Assembly: GCA_035538335.1 (NCBI GenBank)
Contig: DATLKN010000025.1
Span: 42,611-106,610, forward strand
Reading direction: 5' to 3'
DNA length: 64,000 nucleotides
Origin: Stellaceae bacterium
GTDB taxonomy: Bacteria > Pseudomonadota > Alphaproteobacteria > ATCC43930 > CGMCC-115725
Positions 36,204-46,056 of the stretch are shown here, piece after piece. A program made the position numbers and the translations under genes. Below the pieces are notes generated by a model. That model was not told the origin of the DNA. It ran no database searches and saw nothing but the letters and a program-made list of their open reading frames with translations. Position 1 is the first letter of the stretch. Each line of letters starts with the position of its first letter.

Positions 36204-37379
36204 CTAGCCCCGCTCCAACTCGGCGAAATAGAGCTTCGGGTCGGCGGCGCGGATGTGGGCTTCGGGCAGGCCCAGTTCGCGGCGCACGATGTTGGTGCCC
36301 GCGACCAGCGAGACGCATTTGTAATAGGCGATGCGGCGCGACAGGCCTTCGCGGCCGAAGCCGCAATCGGTCGTGATGACGAGCCGCTCCGCCGGGATGA
36401 ATTCGAGCGCCTTCCTGATCAATGCGGCGACGTGCTCGGGCGGCTCGACGATCGTGTTGCAGTGGTTGACGACGCCGATGCCGATCTTCTTGTCCGTCTT
36501 GTACTGGGCGAAGAGCGGCAGATCCTTGCCGTCGCTCGAGGCGCATTCGAAGGTGACGACGTCGCAATCGAGCTGCAACAGGTGCGGAAGCGCGCGCTCG
36601 TAGCTCGGCACCTGCCAATAGACGCGCTGCTGGTTCGGGTTGCCCCAGCAGGTGTGCACCCAGATTTCAGATTCGACGCCCTGGAGCTGGCGGTTGAAGG
36701 CCATCGTCTGGAATTCGAGGTCTTCCTCGCGGCAGTCTTTCGTCATCGTGAGGCCGTGGTGGCGCGGCTCCTCGACCTGGATGACCGGGCAGCCGGCCTT
36801 GGCCAGTTCCTTGAACTCGGCGTTCATGATGTCGCAGAGGTCGAGGACGAGGGCGCGGTCGTCGGGGTAGTATTCGTTCCACAGCATGCTGGCGAGGGCC
36901 GGCGCGCAGATCGCGCCGAACTTGACCGGGCGGTCGGAGAAGCGCTGCGCCATCTGCCACAGCGCGGCGTATTCGAGCGGGCCGCGGCCGAGCTTTTCCT
37001 TGACGATGGCCGGCTGGTAGGCCTCCTGCACCTCGTAGAGGATGTGCCCGGGGCCGAGCCCGTGCCGGCCCATCCAGCCGCGCGAGGTGCTCTTGTGGCC
37101 TGCGAGGCCGTGGAGGCGTTCGATCGGGTAGAAGAACCAGGATTTGCCGCCGACCGCGAGGTCGAAGCGGCTGTCGCCGTCGGTGACGATGTCGAGCCCC
37201 GCCGCCTCCTGCGCGTTGACGGCGGCGGCGACGGCGTCCTGGTACTGCTCGCGGAAGAGGCTGTCGCCCATCGCCCCCTTGAACGAGCGGCCGTCGAGGC
37301 TGCGGTCGAACCACAGGGGCCGCGGATAAGAGCCGGTGATCGCGGTCGGCAGGACCATGTCCTTGGTGGTTTTCAGCAT
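36204..37379 (-). CDS. Cobalamin-independent methionine synthase catalytic-domain (MetE C-terminal / Meth_synt_2) family protein
   Basis: MLKTTKDMVLPTAITGSYPRP..., VIQVEEP, WVHTCWGN, VITTDCGFG (Zn-ligand His/Cys/Glu/Cys pattern). Start at 37379 with GAGGAAGGA upstream. Confidence 0.85.
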   Translation of the reverse strand: MLKTTKDMVLPTAITGSYPRPLWFDRSLDGRSFKGAMGDSLFREQYQDAVAAAVNAQEAAGLDIVTDGDSRFDLAVGGKSWFFYPIERLHGLAGHKSTSRGWMGRHGLGPGHILYEVQEAYQPAIVKEKLGRGPLEYAALWQMAQRFSDRPVKFGAICAPALASMLWNEYYPDDRALVLDLCDIMNAEFKELAKAGCPVIQVEEPRHHGLTMTKDCREEDLEFQTMAFNRQLQGVESEIWVHTCWGNPNQQRVYWQVPSYERALPHLLQLDCDVVTFECASSDGKDLPLFAQYKTDKKIGIGVVNHCNTIVEPPEHVAALIRKALEFIPAERLVITTDCGFGREGLSRRIAYYKCVSLVAGTNIVRRELGLPEAHIRAADPKLYFAELERG

Positions 37380-37427
37380 GGCGGTCCTTCCTCTCGCTCG
37401 TAAGCAAGAATGCGCAGGGTCGTTTTT

Positions 37428-37494
37428 TCGTCGTTCCGGCGAAAGCCGGGACCCAGCCCCGCCATGGATACCGGCCTGCGCCGGTATGACAGGG
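37428..37494. repeat. Repeat family B copy (reverse orientation)
   Basis: TCGTCGTTCCGGCGAAAGCCGGGACCC...GGATACCGGCCTGCGCCGGTATGACAGG, in the divergent intergenic region. Confidence 0.75.
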
Positions 37495-37573
37495 AAGCCG
37501 GGGATGCGGCTATGATTGTCATTGCCGACGGGAGGACGCAATCTTCCTGCGAGCGGAGCGGGAGGAGCGCCCT

Positions 37574-38779
37574 ATGGATTTCGAACCTTCGGCGAGGGTG
37601 CGGGAGCTTTCGGAAAAGCTGCGGGATTTCATGGCGCGCGAGGTCTACCCGGCGGAGCGGGTGTGGCAGGAACAGCTCGCCGCCGCGCCCGATCGCTGGC
37701 AGGTGCCGCCCATTCTCGAGGAGCTGAAGCGGAAGGGGCGAGGCGAGGGGCTGTGGAATTTGTTCCTGCCCGAAAGCGAATTCGGCGCCGGCCTGACGAA
37801 CCTCGAATACGCGCCGCTCTGCGAGATCATGGGCCGCTCGCCGATCGCGCCCGAGGCGTTCAACTGCTCGGCGCCCGACACCGGCAACATGGAGGTGCTG
37901 GCGCGCTACGGCACGAAGGAGCAGCAGGAGCGCTGGCTGAAGCCGCTGCTCGCCGGCGAGATCCGCTCCGCCTTTGCGATGACGGAACCGGCCGTCGCCT
38001 CCTCGGACGCGACCAACATCGAAGCCTCGATCCGCCGCGAGGGCAACCAGGGCTATGTCGTCAACGGGCGCAAATGGTGGACCTCGGGCGCCATGGACCC
38101 GCGCTGCCGGATCCTGATCGTCATGGGCAAGACCGATCCCGCCGCACCCCGGCACCAGCAGCAATCGATGATCCTCGTGCCGATGGAGACACAAGGCGTC
38201 GCGGTCGTGCGGCACCTGCCGATCTTCGGCTACGACGACGCGCCGCACGGCCATTGCGAAGTCGATTTCACGGATGTGCGGGTGCCGGCCGAGAACATGC
38301 TGCTCGGCGAAGGGCGCGGCTTCGAGATCGCGCAGGGACGCTTGGGGCCAGGGCGCATCCACCATTGCATGCGGATGATCGGATTGGCCGAGCGCTCGTT
38401 GGAAGCGATGTGCGCGCGCGTCAAGAGCCGGGTCGCCTTCGGCAAGCCGCTCGCCGAGCAGGGTGTGTGGATGGAGCGGATCGCCGAGTCGCGGATCGAG
38501 ATCGAGCAGGCGCGGCTGTTGACCCTGAAGGCCGCCTGGATGATGGACACGGTCGGGAACAAGGCGGGCCGCGCCGAGATCGCGATGATCAAGGTGGCGG
38601 CGCCGCAGATGGCGCTCGCCGTCATCGACCGGGCGATCCAGGCGCATGGCGGCGCCGGCGTGACGGAGGATTTCGGCCTCGCCTATGCCTGGGCGCGCAC
38701 CCGCGTCATGCGTATCGTCGACGGGCCGGACGAGGTGCACCGCGTCGCGATCGCCCGCGCCGAATTGCGCAAAACTTGA
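37574..38779 (+). CDS. Acyl-CoA dehydrogenase, ACAD10/ACAD11-type
   Basis: [28 protein letters not shown]...[25 protein letters not shown]...[18 protein letters not shown]-terminal helix and active-site region are typical of the ACAD10/11 clade. Confidence 0.9.
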   Translation: MDFEPSARVRELSEKLRDFMAREVYPAERVWQEQLAAAPDRWQVPPILEELKRKGRGEGLWNLFLPESEFGAGLTNLEYAPLCEIMGRSPIAPEAFNCSAPDTGNMEVLARYGTKEQQERWLKPLLAGEIRSAFAMTEPAVASSDATNIEASIRREGNQGYVVNGRKWWTSGAMDPRCRILIVMGKTDPAAPRHQQQSMILVPMETQGVAVVRHLPIFGYDDAPHGHCEVDFTDVRVPAENMLLGEGRGFEIAQGRLGPGRIHHCMRMIGLAERSLEAMCARVKSRVAFGKPLAEQGVWMERIAESRIEIEQARLLTLKAAWMMDTVGNKAGRAEIAMIKVAAPQMALAVIDRAIQAHGGAGVTEDFGLAYAWARTRVMRIVDGPDEVHRVAIARAELRKT

Positions 38780-38817
38780 CGTTCCGATCGATGAATTCGC
38801 GAGCACTCCCGCCCGTC

Positions 38818-38885
38818 CTCGTCATACCGGCGAAGGCCGGTATCCACGCCAACCGTGGGTCCCGACCTTCGTCGGGACGACAAGT
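38818..38885. repeat. Repeat family B copy (forward orientation)
   Basis: CTCGTCATACCGGCGAAGGCCGGTATCCAC...GGGTCCCGACCTTCGTCGGGACGACAAG, between the ACAD stop and the kinase start. Confidence 0.75.
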
Positions 38886-38930
38886 CGGCAGGCCGTGCCG
38901 CGGCGTCCCGGAACGGCGGGGATCGTCGTA

Positions 38931-40001
38931 GTGACCGCGCTCGAAGAACGCGAGCTGATCGACGAGCGGCCGGACGAGCGGCTCGACAAGCGAGCGCTCG
39001 CCGCCTGGCTGCGGGGCCGGCTGCCGGGCGCCGAAGGCGAGCTCGCGGTGCGCCAATTTGCCGGCGGCAAGGCGAACCTCACTTATCTGCTCTCCTTCGC
39101 GGGGAACGAGTTCGTGCTGCGGCGGCCGCCCCTGGGGCCGGTCGCGCCGGGGGCGCACGACATGCGCCGCGAGCACCGCGTGCTGTCGGTGCTGTGGCGC
39201 GCCTTTCCGCCGGCCCCGCGCAGCCTCTTGCTGTGCGAAGACGAGAGCGTCATCGGCGCCGCGTTCCACATCCTCGAACGCCGCCGCGGCATCGTCATCT
39301 GGGAGGACATGCCGGCAGAGTTTGCCGGCCGGCCCGAGCTGAACCGCCATATCGGCTTCGCGCTCGTCGATACGCTCGCCGACCTGCACCTCGTCGATCC
39401 GGCCGCGGTCGGCCTCGCGGCGCTCGGCCGGCCCGAGGGCTATATCGAGCGGCAGCTCGCGGGCTGGACGCGGCGCTGGCACGCCGCCGAGCCCGACGCG
39501 GGCGCCGTCGCGGCGATGCAGCCGGCGCTCGACCGGCTCGCTGCGAACTTGCCGCGGGCGCCCGCCGCTTCGCTCGTACACAACGATTACCGGCTCGACA
39601 ACGTCCTGCTCGACGCCGCGGACCCGGCGCAAATCGTCGCCGTTCTCGACTGGGACATGTGCACGCTCGGCGACCCGCTCGCCGATCTCGGCTATCTGTT
39701 GAACTACTGGGTCGAGCCGGCGGACGACCCCGAATGGCGCGAGGTGGCGGCGATGCCGACCTGGCGCGGCGGGTTCCCGTCGCGCGCCGAAGCCATCGCC
39801 CGCTATGCCGCGCGCACGGGCTTCGAGGTCGGCGAGGTTCGCTGGTACGAGGCTTTCGCCGCCTTCAAGCTCGCCGTCATCATTCAGCAGATCTACATCC
39901 GCTGGCGCCGCGGCCAGACGCAGGACGAGCGCTTCCGCGACTATGGCCAGCGCGTCGCGGCGCTGGCGAGGAAAGCCGCGGCGCTCGGCGCCTCGCAATG
40001 A
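38931..40001 (+). CDS. Aminoglycoside-phosphotransferase-fold (APH/ACAD10 N-terminal-like) kinase
   Basis: GTG start. FAGGKANLTYLL, catalytic loop LVHNDYRLDNVLL, and VLDWDMCTLGDPLADLG. Confidence 0.85.
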   Translation: MTALEERELIDERPDERLDKRALAAWLRGRLPGAEGELAVRQFAGGKANLTYLLSFAGNEFVLRRPPLGPVAPGAHDMRREHRVLSVLWRAFPPAPRSLLLCEDESVIGAAFHILERRRGIVIWEDMPAEFAGRPELNRHIGFALVDTLADLHLVDPAAVGLAALGRPEGYIERQLAGWTRRWHAAEPDAGAVAAMQPALDRLAANLPRAPAASLVHNDYRLDNVLLDAADPAQIVAVLDWDMCTLGDPLADLGYLLNYWVEPADDPEWREVAAMPTWRGGFPSRAEAIARYAARTGFEVGEVRWYEAFAAFKLAVIIQQIYIRWRRGQTQDERFRDYGQRVAALARKAAALGASQ

Positions 40002-40032
40002 CGCGACCGTTGCCGCGCTGGCAGCGAGCCGT

Positions 40033-40710
40033 TCAGGCGCCGACGAGCGCCGGCAGCTCGCCGAGCGAAGCGATCACGGCTGCGGGCTCGCCCGGCAGGC
40101 GCTCGGGCGGCTGCTGTTGCCGGTTGCACCAGAAGGCGCGCATGCCGAAATCGGCCGCGGCCCAGGCGTCCCAGCCGTTCGAGGAGACGAAGGCGATCGC
40201 CTCGGCGGGCAGGCCCAGCCGCGCGACCGCGAGGCTGTAGACCTTGGCGTTCGGCTTGTAGACTTGCACCTCCTCGACCGAGAGGACGGCGTCGAGAGAG
40301 GCGCCGATCCCGGCATTCGCGACCGCGGCGGCGAGCATTTTCGGCGTGCCGTTCGAAAGGATCGCGGTTTTCAGCCCCATGGCCTGCAGCCGCCGCAGCA
40401 CGTCGGGGACTTCCGGAAAGGCGGCGAGCGTCAGGTAGAGGTTCATCAGCCGCGTGCGCAGATCGGTGTCGGCGAGGCCGAGCGCCGCGAGCGCATAGTC
40501 GAGGGCGTCCCCGGTCACCGCCCAGAAATCGGCGTGCCTGCCCTCGATCGCGCGCAGCCAGCTGTATTGCAGCTGCTTGTCGCGCCACAGCGCCGTCAAC
40601 GCCGCGAACCGGTCGCCGAGCACGTCGCGGCAGCTCGCCGCCGCGGCGCCGTAGTCGAAAAGCGTGCCGTAGGCGTCGAAGACGCAGGCGCGGATGCCGG
40701 ACAAGGCCAT
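40033..40710 (-). CDS. Type II L-2-haloacid dehalogenase (HAD superfamily)
   Basis: CVFDAYGTLFD (DxYGT nucleophile motif), LSNG, YKPNAKVY, SSNGWDAWAA. Confidence 0.9.
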   Translation of the reverse strand: MALSGIRACVFDAYGTLFDYGAAAASCRDVLGDRFAALTALWRDKQLQYSWLRAIEGRHADFWAVTGDALDYALAALGLADTDLRTRLMNLYLTLAAFPEVPDVLRRLQAMGLKTAILSNGTPKMLAAAVANAGIGASLDAVLSVEEVQVYKPNAKVYSLAVARLGLPAEAIAFVSSNGWDAWAAADFGMRAFWCNRQQQPPERLPGEPAAVIASLGELPALVGA

Positions 40711-40712
40711 TG

Positions 40713-41624
40713 TCAGCCCCCAAATGGATGCGTCGCGATCCAGTGCCGCGCGATGTCGAGGCGCCGCGCGAACCAGACGTGCGGATGCCCCTGCGCGTAA
40801 TCGATGAAGCGTTCGAGCGCGGCCGTGCGGCCCGGCCGCCCGGCGAGGCGGCAATGCAGACCGACGGACATCATGCGCGGGCGCGCTTCGCCCTCGCGGT
40901 AGAGCACGTCGAAGCTATCGCGCAGATAGGCGAAGAACTGGTCGCCCGAATTGAAGCCCTGCGGCATCGCAAAGCGCATGTCGTTGCTGTCGAAGGCGTA
41001 GGGCACGATCAGCTGCGGCTTGCCGCAGGACGTGTCCCAATAGGGCAGGTCGTCGGCATAGCTGTCGGCGTTGTAGAGAAAGCCGCCCTCCTCGGCGACG
41101 AGCCGATGCGTATTCGGGCTGCAGCGCCCCTGATACCAGCCGAGCGGCCGGCTGCCGGTCGCCCGCGTGTGGATCTCGATCGCCTTTTCGATGTGCTGGC
41201 GTTCGACCGCCTCGGGGATGTGCTGGTAGTCGATCCAGCGATAGCCGTGCGTCGCGATCTCCCAATCCGCCTCCAGCATCGCGGCGACCGCGGCCGGGTT
41301 GCGCTCGAGCGCCATCGCGACGCCGTAGACCGTGACCGGCACGCCGCGCGCCGTGAAGGTCCGGTGGAGGCGCCAGAAGCCCGCCCGGCTGCCGTATTCG
41401 TAGAGCGACTCCATGTTCATGTTGCGCATGCCGGGGATCGGCTGCGCGCCGACCCATTCCGACAAAAACCCCTCGGCCGCCGCATCGCCGTGGAAGATCG
41501 CGTTCTCCGCGCCTTCCTCGTAATTGATGACGAACTGCACCGCGATCCGCGCCGCGCCCGGCCACTGCGCAGCCGGCGGCACGGCCCCGTAGCCGATCAT
41601 GTCGCGCGGATAGGATTCGCTCAT
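40713..41624 (-). CDS. puuE: Allantoinase PuuE (polysaccharide-deacetylase fold)
   Basis: MSESYPRDMIGYG...NYEEGAENAIFHGD...MESLYEYGSRAGFWRL...HGYRWIDYQ...DDLPYW...IGLHCRL. Colinear with Pseudomonas PuuE as I recall it. Confidence 0.9.
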   Translation of the reverse strand: MSESYPRDMIGYGAVPPAAQWPGAARIAVQFVINYEEGAENAIFHGDAAAEGFLSEWVGAQPIPGMRNMNMESLYEYGSRAGFWRLHRTFTARGVPVTVYGVAMALERNPAAVAAMLEADWEIATHGYRWIDYQHIPEAVERQHIEKAIEIHTRATGSRPLGWYQGRCSPNTHRLVAEEGGFLYNADSYADDLPYWDTSCGKPQLIVPYAFDSNDMRFAMPQGFNSGDQFFAYLRDSFDVLYREGEARPRMMSVGLHCRLAGRPGRTAALERFIDYAQGHPHVWFARRLDIARHWIATHPFGG

Positions 41625-41781
41625 CGGCCCCTCGCGTCGAAAATCGGCGACAGAGTAGCGCTGCACATGCCCGGCGTCACGGCACCGCTCCGCCATGGCC
41701 TGCAACGGCTTTACCCGAAAGCCGCAATCGCCGAGGATCGTCGACGCGGCCCGCGGCGGCCGGCCTATCGGAGAAACCCGC

Positions 41782-43143
41782 ATGCAGCATGACGAACGCG
41801 GTTTGCCGCTTGCCACCGACAGCGGAGAGGCGGCCGCCCTCTTCGACCGGGCGGTCGAGCATTACCTCAAGTTCCACCTCGATGTACCGGCGCTGATCGG
41901 CCGCATGCTCGATGCCGACCCGCAATTCGCGCTCGGGCATTGCCTGCGCGGCTATCTGCTGCTGAGCGCCGCCAACCCCGCCTATCGCGGCGAGATCGCG
42001 GCGACGCTGGCGGCGGCCGAAGCCGGCGCCCCGTCGGCGAGCCCGCGCGAACGCGCGCACGTCGCCGCCTTTGCCGCCTGGGCGGCAGGCGCGCTCGACC
42101 GGTCCTTCGCGATCTGGCGCGAGATCCTGGGGGAGCACCCGACCGATCTCCTCGCGCTGCGCATCTGCGACACCAGCTGGTTCCGCTACGGGCAGACCGC
42201 GAAGATCCTCGAACAGGCCGACCGCGTCGCCGCCGGCTGGTCGCCGGAGCTGCCCGGCTACGACTGCTTCCAGTCGATCTGGGCCTTCGCCCATGAGGAG
42301 GCGGGCGACACCGCGGGCGCCGAGCGCGTCGTCGACGCCGCGATCGCGCAGGACCGCAGCAACTACTTCGCGCACCACGTCAAGGCGCATGTGCTGGAAA
42401 TGGAATGCCGCCCGCGCGAGGGTCGCGACTGGCTCGCCGCGCAGATTCCCGCCTGGTCGCTCGGCAACCAGCTGATCCATCATCTGTGGTGGCACCGCGC
42501 GCTGATGGAGATGGAATTGCGCGAGCTCGACGCGGTGCTCGCGAGCTACGACGAAAATATCCGCAATTTCGACGAGCCGCTGACAAAGGCGGTGCCCGAC
42601 CACTTCATCGATCTGCAGAACGCGCCGGCGATTTTGTGGCGGCTCGAAAGCATGGGCGTCGATGTCGGCGAGCGCTGGCAGGAACTCGCCGACAAGGCCG
42701 AGGCGCGCATCGGCGAGACCGGCCACCCGCTGGTCGTGCCGCATCTGATGATGGCGCTGGCGGCAACCGGCCGCGCCGCGGCGGCCGCTCGCTTCCTCGC
42801 CGCGCTCGAGGACCGCGCGCGCGAGGCGGCGGCCTGGGAGCGGCCGACCCTGAGCGAGGCGATCATTCCGGCCTGCGCGGCGGTTCTCGCCTATCGGCGC
42901 GGGGAATACGGCCGCGTCGTCGATCTGCTGGCGCCGCGGCAGACGGAGATCCGCCGCCTCGGCGGCAGCAATGCGCAGCGCGATCTGTTCTTCCAGATGC
43001 TGGCCGACGCGGCGATGCGGGCCGGGCGCCGCGACGTCGCCGGCGACATCCTCGCGCGCGAGGCGCGGGACCGCGCGACCCCGCCCGCCGATCGCACCGG
43101 CTATGCCGAGGCCGCACGCTGGCTCGCTGCCGGTTCGGCCTGA
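41782..43143 (+). CDS. TPR-like helical-repeat protein (TTC38-family-like)
   Basis: MQHDERGLPLATDSGEAAALFDRAVEHYL...FALGHCLRGYLLL...HHLWWHRAL. All-helical repeat architecture. Start taken at 41782. Confidence 0.7.
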   Translation: MQHDERGLPLATDSGEAAALFDRAVEHYLKFHLDVPALIGRMLDADPQFALGHCLRGYLLLSAANPAYRGEIAATLAAAEAGAPSASPRERAHVAAFAAWAAGALDRSFAIWREILGEHPTDLLALRICDTSWFRYGQTAKILEQADRVAAGWSPELPGYDCFQSIWAFAHEEAGDTAGAERVVDAAIAQDRSNYFAHHVKAHVLEMECRPREGRDWLAAQIPAWSLGNQLIHHLWWHRALMEMELRELDAVLASYDENIRNFDEPLTKAVPDHFIDLQNAPAILWRLESMGVDVGERWQELADKAEARIGETGHPLVVPHLMMALAATGRAAAAARFLAALEDRAREAAAWERPTLSEAIIPACAAVLAYRRGEYGRVVDLLAPRQTEIRRLGGSNAQRDLFFQMLADAAMRAGRRDVAGDILAREARDRATPPADRTGYAEAARWLAAGSA

Positions 43144-43154
43144 GGCAATGGCGC

Positions 43155-44549
43155 TTATCGGCGCGGCTCGAACTGGTAAGGGGTGGCGCTGGCGGTCAGC
43201 GGGGTCATGACGAGGCGGTGCTCGAGCGGCGGGAAGGCCCGGCTGCGGCACCCCGTCCGGTCGCACAGCCGGCAGGAGAGGCCGATGCCGACCTTGGCGC
43301 CGTCGAGGTCGAGCCCGTCGGCATAGGCCAGTTCCGCGGCATCGGCGACGCTGCAGCCCATCGCCACGACATGCGTCGGCCGCGGCTCGCCCCAGCGCGC
43401 CGCCGGGCGCGTCACGGTGCGCGCGAAGCACAGATAGGCGGCGCCGTCGGGCAGCTCGGCCACCTGCACCTGCACCGAACCCGGCTGCGCGAAAGCGGTG
43501 TGCACGACCCAGCGCGGACACGAGCCGCCGTAGCGCGCGAACGGGAAGCCGGCGGCGGAGAACCGTTTCGAGACGTTGCCCGCCGGGTCGACCCGCACGA
43601 AGAAGAACGGCACGCCGCGCGCCCCCGGCCGCTGCAAGGTCGAGAGGCGATGACAGGCCTGTTCGAACGACACGCCGAAGCGCGTCGCCGCCGCCTCCAT
43701 GTCGTGGCGCAATGCCCGCACGGTTTCAAGATAGGGCATGTACGGCATCCGGATCGCGCCGGCGACGTAGTTGAGGAGGCCGATGCGGATCAGCATCGCC
43801 GCTTCCGGCGAGGACGGCGGCGCCTCGCCGAGCACGGCTTCGACCGCCTCGTTCGCTTCCAGCAGCGCGAGCTGGAACGCCATCTGAAAGGCGCGGCTCT
43901 CGCGCGGCAGGCTGTCGGCGAGCGCGAGCCGCGGCGGGCTCGGCTCGAAACGGCGCAGCATGTTGTCGAGCGGCTCGATCGAGACGGCGAGGCCATGCCC
44001 GTGCCGCAGCCGCTCGGCGAGCGCCTGGCTGCGCTCGCCGGCCGCCTCGCCGCAAGCGCCGACGATCGCCTCCGCCGCCTCCTCGAGCGCTGGAAAATGG
44101 TTCGCCCGGGCGTCGAAGAAATCGCGCGCCTCCTCGTTCGGCAGCAGGATGCGCCGGCCGGACGGCAGCGCGATGCCGCCGGCGTCCTCGCGCGCGACGC
44201 GCCAGGCGCGGTAGAGGGCAAGGACCGCGCGCGCCGCGCCCGGAGCCGAGCCGGCGAGCGCCGCGATCTCCGTCTCGGGCACCGCCGCGGCGCCGAGCAG
44301 CGGATCGGTGAAGGCCTCGCGCAGCGCGATTTCGAGCCGCTGTTCCTCGACCCCGGACAACGCCGCCAAGTCGAGACGGAAGATTTCGGCGAACTTGATC
44401 AGCAACGCGCCGCTGACCGCTCGCTGCTCGTGCTCGATCAGATTGAGGTAGCTCGCCGAGATGCCGAGGCGGCCGGCCAAGGCCTGCTGCGATAGCCGCC
44501 GTTCGGTGCGCAGTCGCCGCACCGTGCGGCCGATTTGGATACGTGCCAT
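43155..44549 (-). CDS. XRE-HTH plus ImmA/IrrE-like (DUF955) plus DUF2083 regulator, RamB/PrpR/ScfR family
   Basis: N-terminus IGRTVRRLRTERRLSQQALAGRLGISASYLNLIEHEQR. Long C-terminal region with a Cys cluster (CRLCDRTGC). Divergent from aceA. Confidence 0.85.
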   Translation of the reverse strand: MARIQIGRTVRRLRTERRLSQQALAGRLGISASYLNLIEHEQRAVSGALLIKFAEIFRLDLAALSGVEEQRLEIALREAFTDPLLGAAAVPETEIAALAGSAPGAARAVLALYRAWRVAREDAGGIALPSGRRILLPNEEARDFFDARANHFPALEEAAEAIVGACGEAAGERSQALAERLRHGHGLAVSIEPLDNMLRRFEPSPPRLALADSLPRESRAFQMAFQLALLEANEAVEAVLGEAPPSSPEAAMLIRIGLLNYVAGAIRMPYMPYLETVRALRHDMEAAATRFGVSFEQACHRLSTLQRPGARGVPFFFVRVDPAGNVSKRFSAAGFPFARYGGSCPRWVVHTAFAQPGSVQVQVAELPDGAAYLCFARTVTRPAARWGEPRPTHVVAMGCSVADAAELAYADGLDLDGAKVGIGLSCRLCDRTGCRSRAFPPLEHRLVMTPLTASATPYQFEPRR

Positions 44550-44642
44550 CTTTTCAGGCTTTACAAAACTCGTGCGCCGTTTGTGAAGATATTTACCAAT
44601 TTCTTCTTATACTGGCACATCGCAGCTCGACTTCTTAGCAAA

Positions 44643-44668
44643 AAATGACGTTTCTGAAGCCGTCATTT
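44643..44668. promoter_or_regulatory. Inverted repeat in the aceA leader/promoter (candidate operator)
   Basis: AAATGACG-N10-CGTCATTT, 19 nt upstream of the preferred aceA ATG, in the AT-rich divergent intergenic region. Confidence 0.3.
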
Positions 44669-44686
44669 GTCGAGAAGGGACGCGAC

Positions 44687-46042
44687 ATGCATCAGGGCGG
44701 GCTAGCACACATTCGTCGGGACTACACGCAAGCGGAGGTCGAGCGGCTCTCCGGCTCCTTCCGCATCGCGCACACGCTGGCCGAGGCGGGCGCGGCGCGA
44801 TTGCGGCACCTGCTCGCCACCGAGCCCTATGTGCCGACGCTCGGGGCGCTCACGGGCAACCAGGCGGTGCAGCAGGTCAAGGCCGGGCTGAAGGCGATCT
44901 ATCTTTCCGGCTGGCAGGTTGCCGCCGACGCCAATACGGCGGGCCAGATGTATCCCGACCAGTCGCTTTACCCGGTGGACTCGGTGCCCAACGTCGTCAG
45001 GCGCATCAACAACGCGCTGCGGCGCGCCGATCAGATCGCGCATCTCGAAGGGAATGCCGACGGCACCTACTGGATGGCGCCGATCGTCGCCGATGCCGAG
45101 GCCGGGTTCGGCGGACCGCTCAACGCCTACGAGTTGATGCGGGCGATGATCGAAGCGGGCGCCGCCGGCGTCCATTTCGAAGACCAGCTCGCCGCGGAAA
45201 AGAAGTGCGGCCATTTGGGCGGCAAGGTGCTGGTGCCGATCGCCCAGCATATCCGCACATTGAACGCCGCCCGGCTCGCCGCCGATGTCGAGGGCGTCGC
45301 GGCCGTGCTGCTGTGCCGCACCGACGCGCAATCGGCGCAGCTCGTGACAAGCGACATCGACGAGCGCGACCGCCCGTTCATCGCCGGCGAGCGCACCGCC
45401 GAGGGGTTCTTCCGCATATGCCCCGGCCTCGGCGTCGAATACGCGATCGCCCGCAGCCTCGCCTTTGCCCCGTATGCCGATCTCTTGTGGTGGGAGACGA
45501 GCGAACCCGACCTCTTCGAGGCCGAGCGCTTCGCCGCGGCGATCCATCGCGATTTCCCCGGCAAGCTGCTCGCCTACAACTGCTCGCCGAGCTTCAACTG
45601 GCGCAAAAAGCTGTCGCCGCAGGATCTCTTGGGCTTCCAGCGCGACATCGCGCGGATGGGCTACCGCTTCCAGTTCGTGACCTTGGCCGGGTTCCACAGC
45701 CTCAACCTCGCGATGTTCAACCTGGCCCGCGACTACGCCGAACGCGGCATGGCCGCCTATGGCGAGCTGCAGGAGGCAGAGTTTGCCGCCGAGGCGCAGG
45801 GCTACACCGCGACGCGGCATCAGCGCGAGGTCGGCGTCGGCTATTTCGACGCGGTGGCGATGACGGTCTCGGGCGGCCGCGCCTCGACGACGGCGCTCGC
45901 CGGCAGCACCGAGGCGGCGCAGTTCCACGATCCCGGCCCGGCTCTTGCAGCGAGCTATGGCCACGACGACGGCCTCGTCCACAACCACGATTGGGCGGTG
46001 CACGACTGGGCCGAAGGCGAGCGGTCGCGGGCGGCGGAATAG
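44687..46042 (+). CDS. aceA: Isocitrate lyase
   Basis: [37 protein letters not shown] signature. Start at MHQGG with GAAGGGA upstream. Carries a 38-aa C-terminal extension. Confidence 0.95.
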   Translation: MHQGGLAHIRRDYTQAEVERLSGSFRIAHTLAEAGAARLRHLLATEPYVPTLGALTGNQAVQQVKAGLKAIYLSGWQVAADANTAGQMYPDQSLYPVDSVPNVVRRINNALRRADQIAHLEGNADGTYWMAPIVADAEAGFGGPLNAYELMRAMIEAGAAGVHFEDQLAAEKKCGHLGGKVLVPIAQHIRTLNAARLAADVEGVAAVLLCRTDAQSAQLVTSDIDERDRPFIAGERTAEGFFRICPGLGVEYAIARSLAFAPYADLLWWETSEPDLFEAERFAAAIHRDFPGKLLAYNCSPSFNWRKKLSPQDLLGFQRDIARMGYRFQFVTLAGFHSLNLAMFNLARDYAERGMAAYGELQEAEFAAEAQGYTATRHQREVGVGYFDAVAMTVSGGRASTTALAGSTEAAQFHDPGPALAASYGHDDGLVHNHDWAVHDWAEGERSRAAE

Positions 46043-46056
46043 GCGGGAGCGGGATC

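Noticed and set aside
37380-37573. Cobalamin or SAM riboswitch upstream of the MetE-like gene.
   Set aside because: The leader between the ribosome-binding site and the family B repeat is only about 40 nt. I could not see a B12-box or SAM-II-like pseudoknot motif. The region is explained by the repeat element. A covariance-model scan (Rfam) would be the decisive test.
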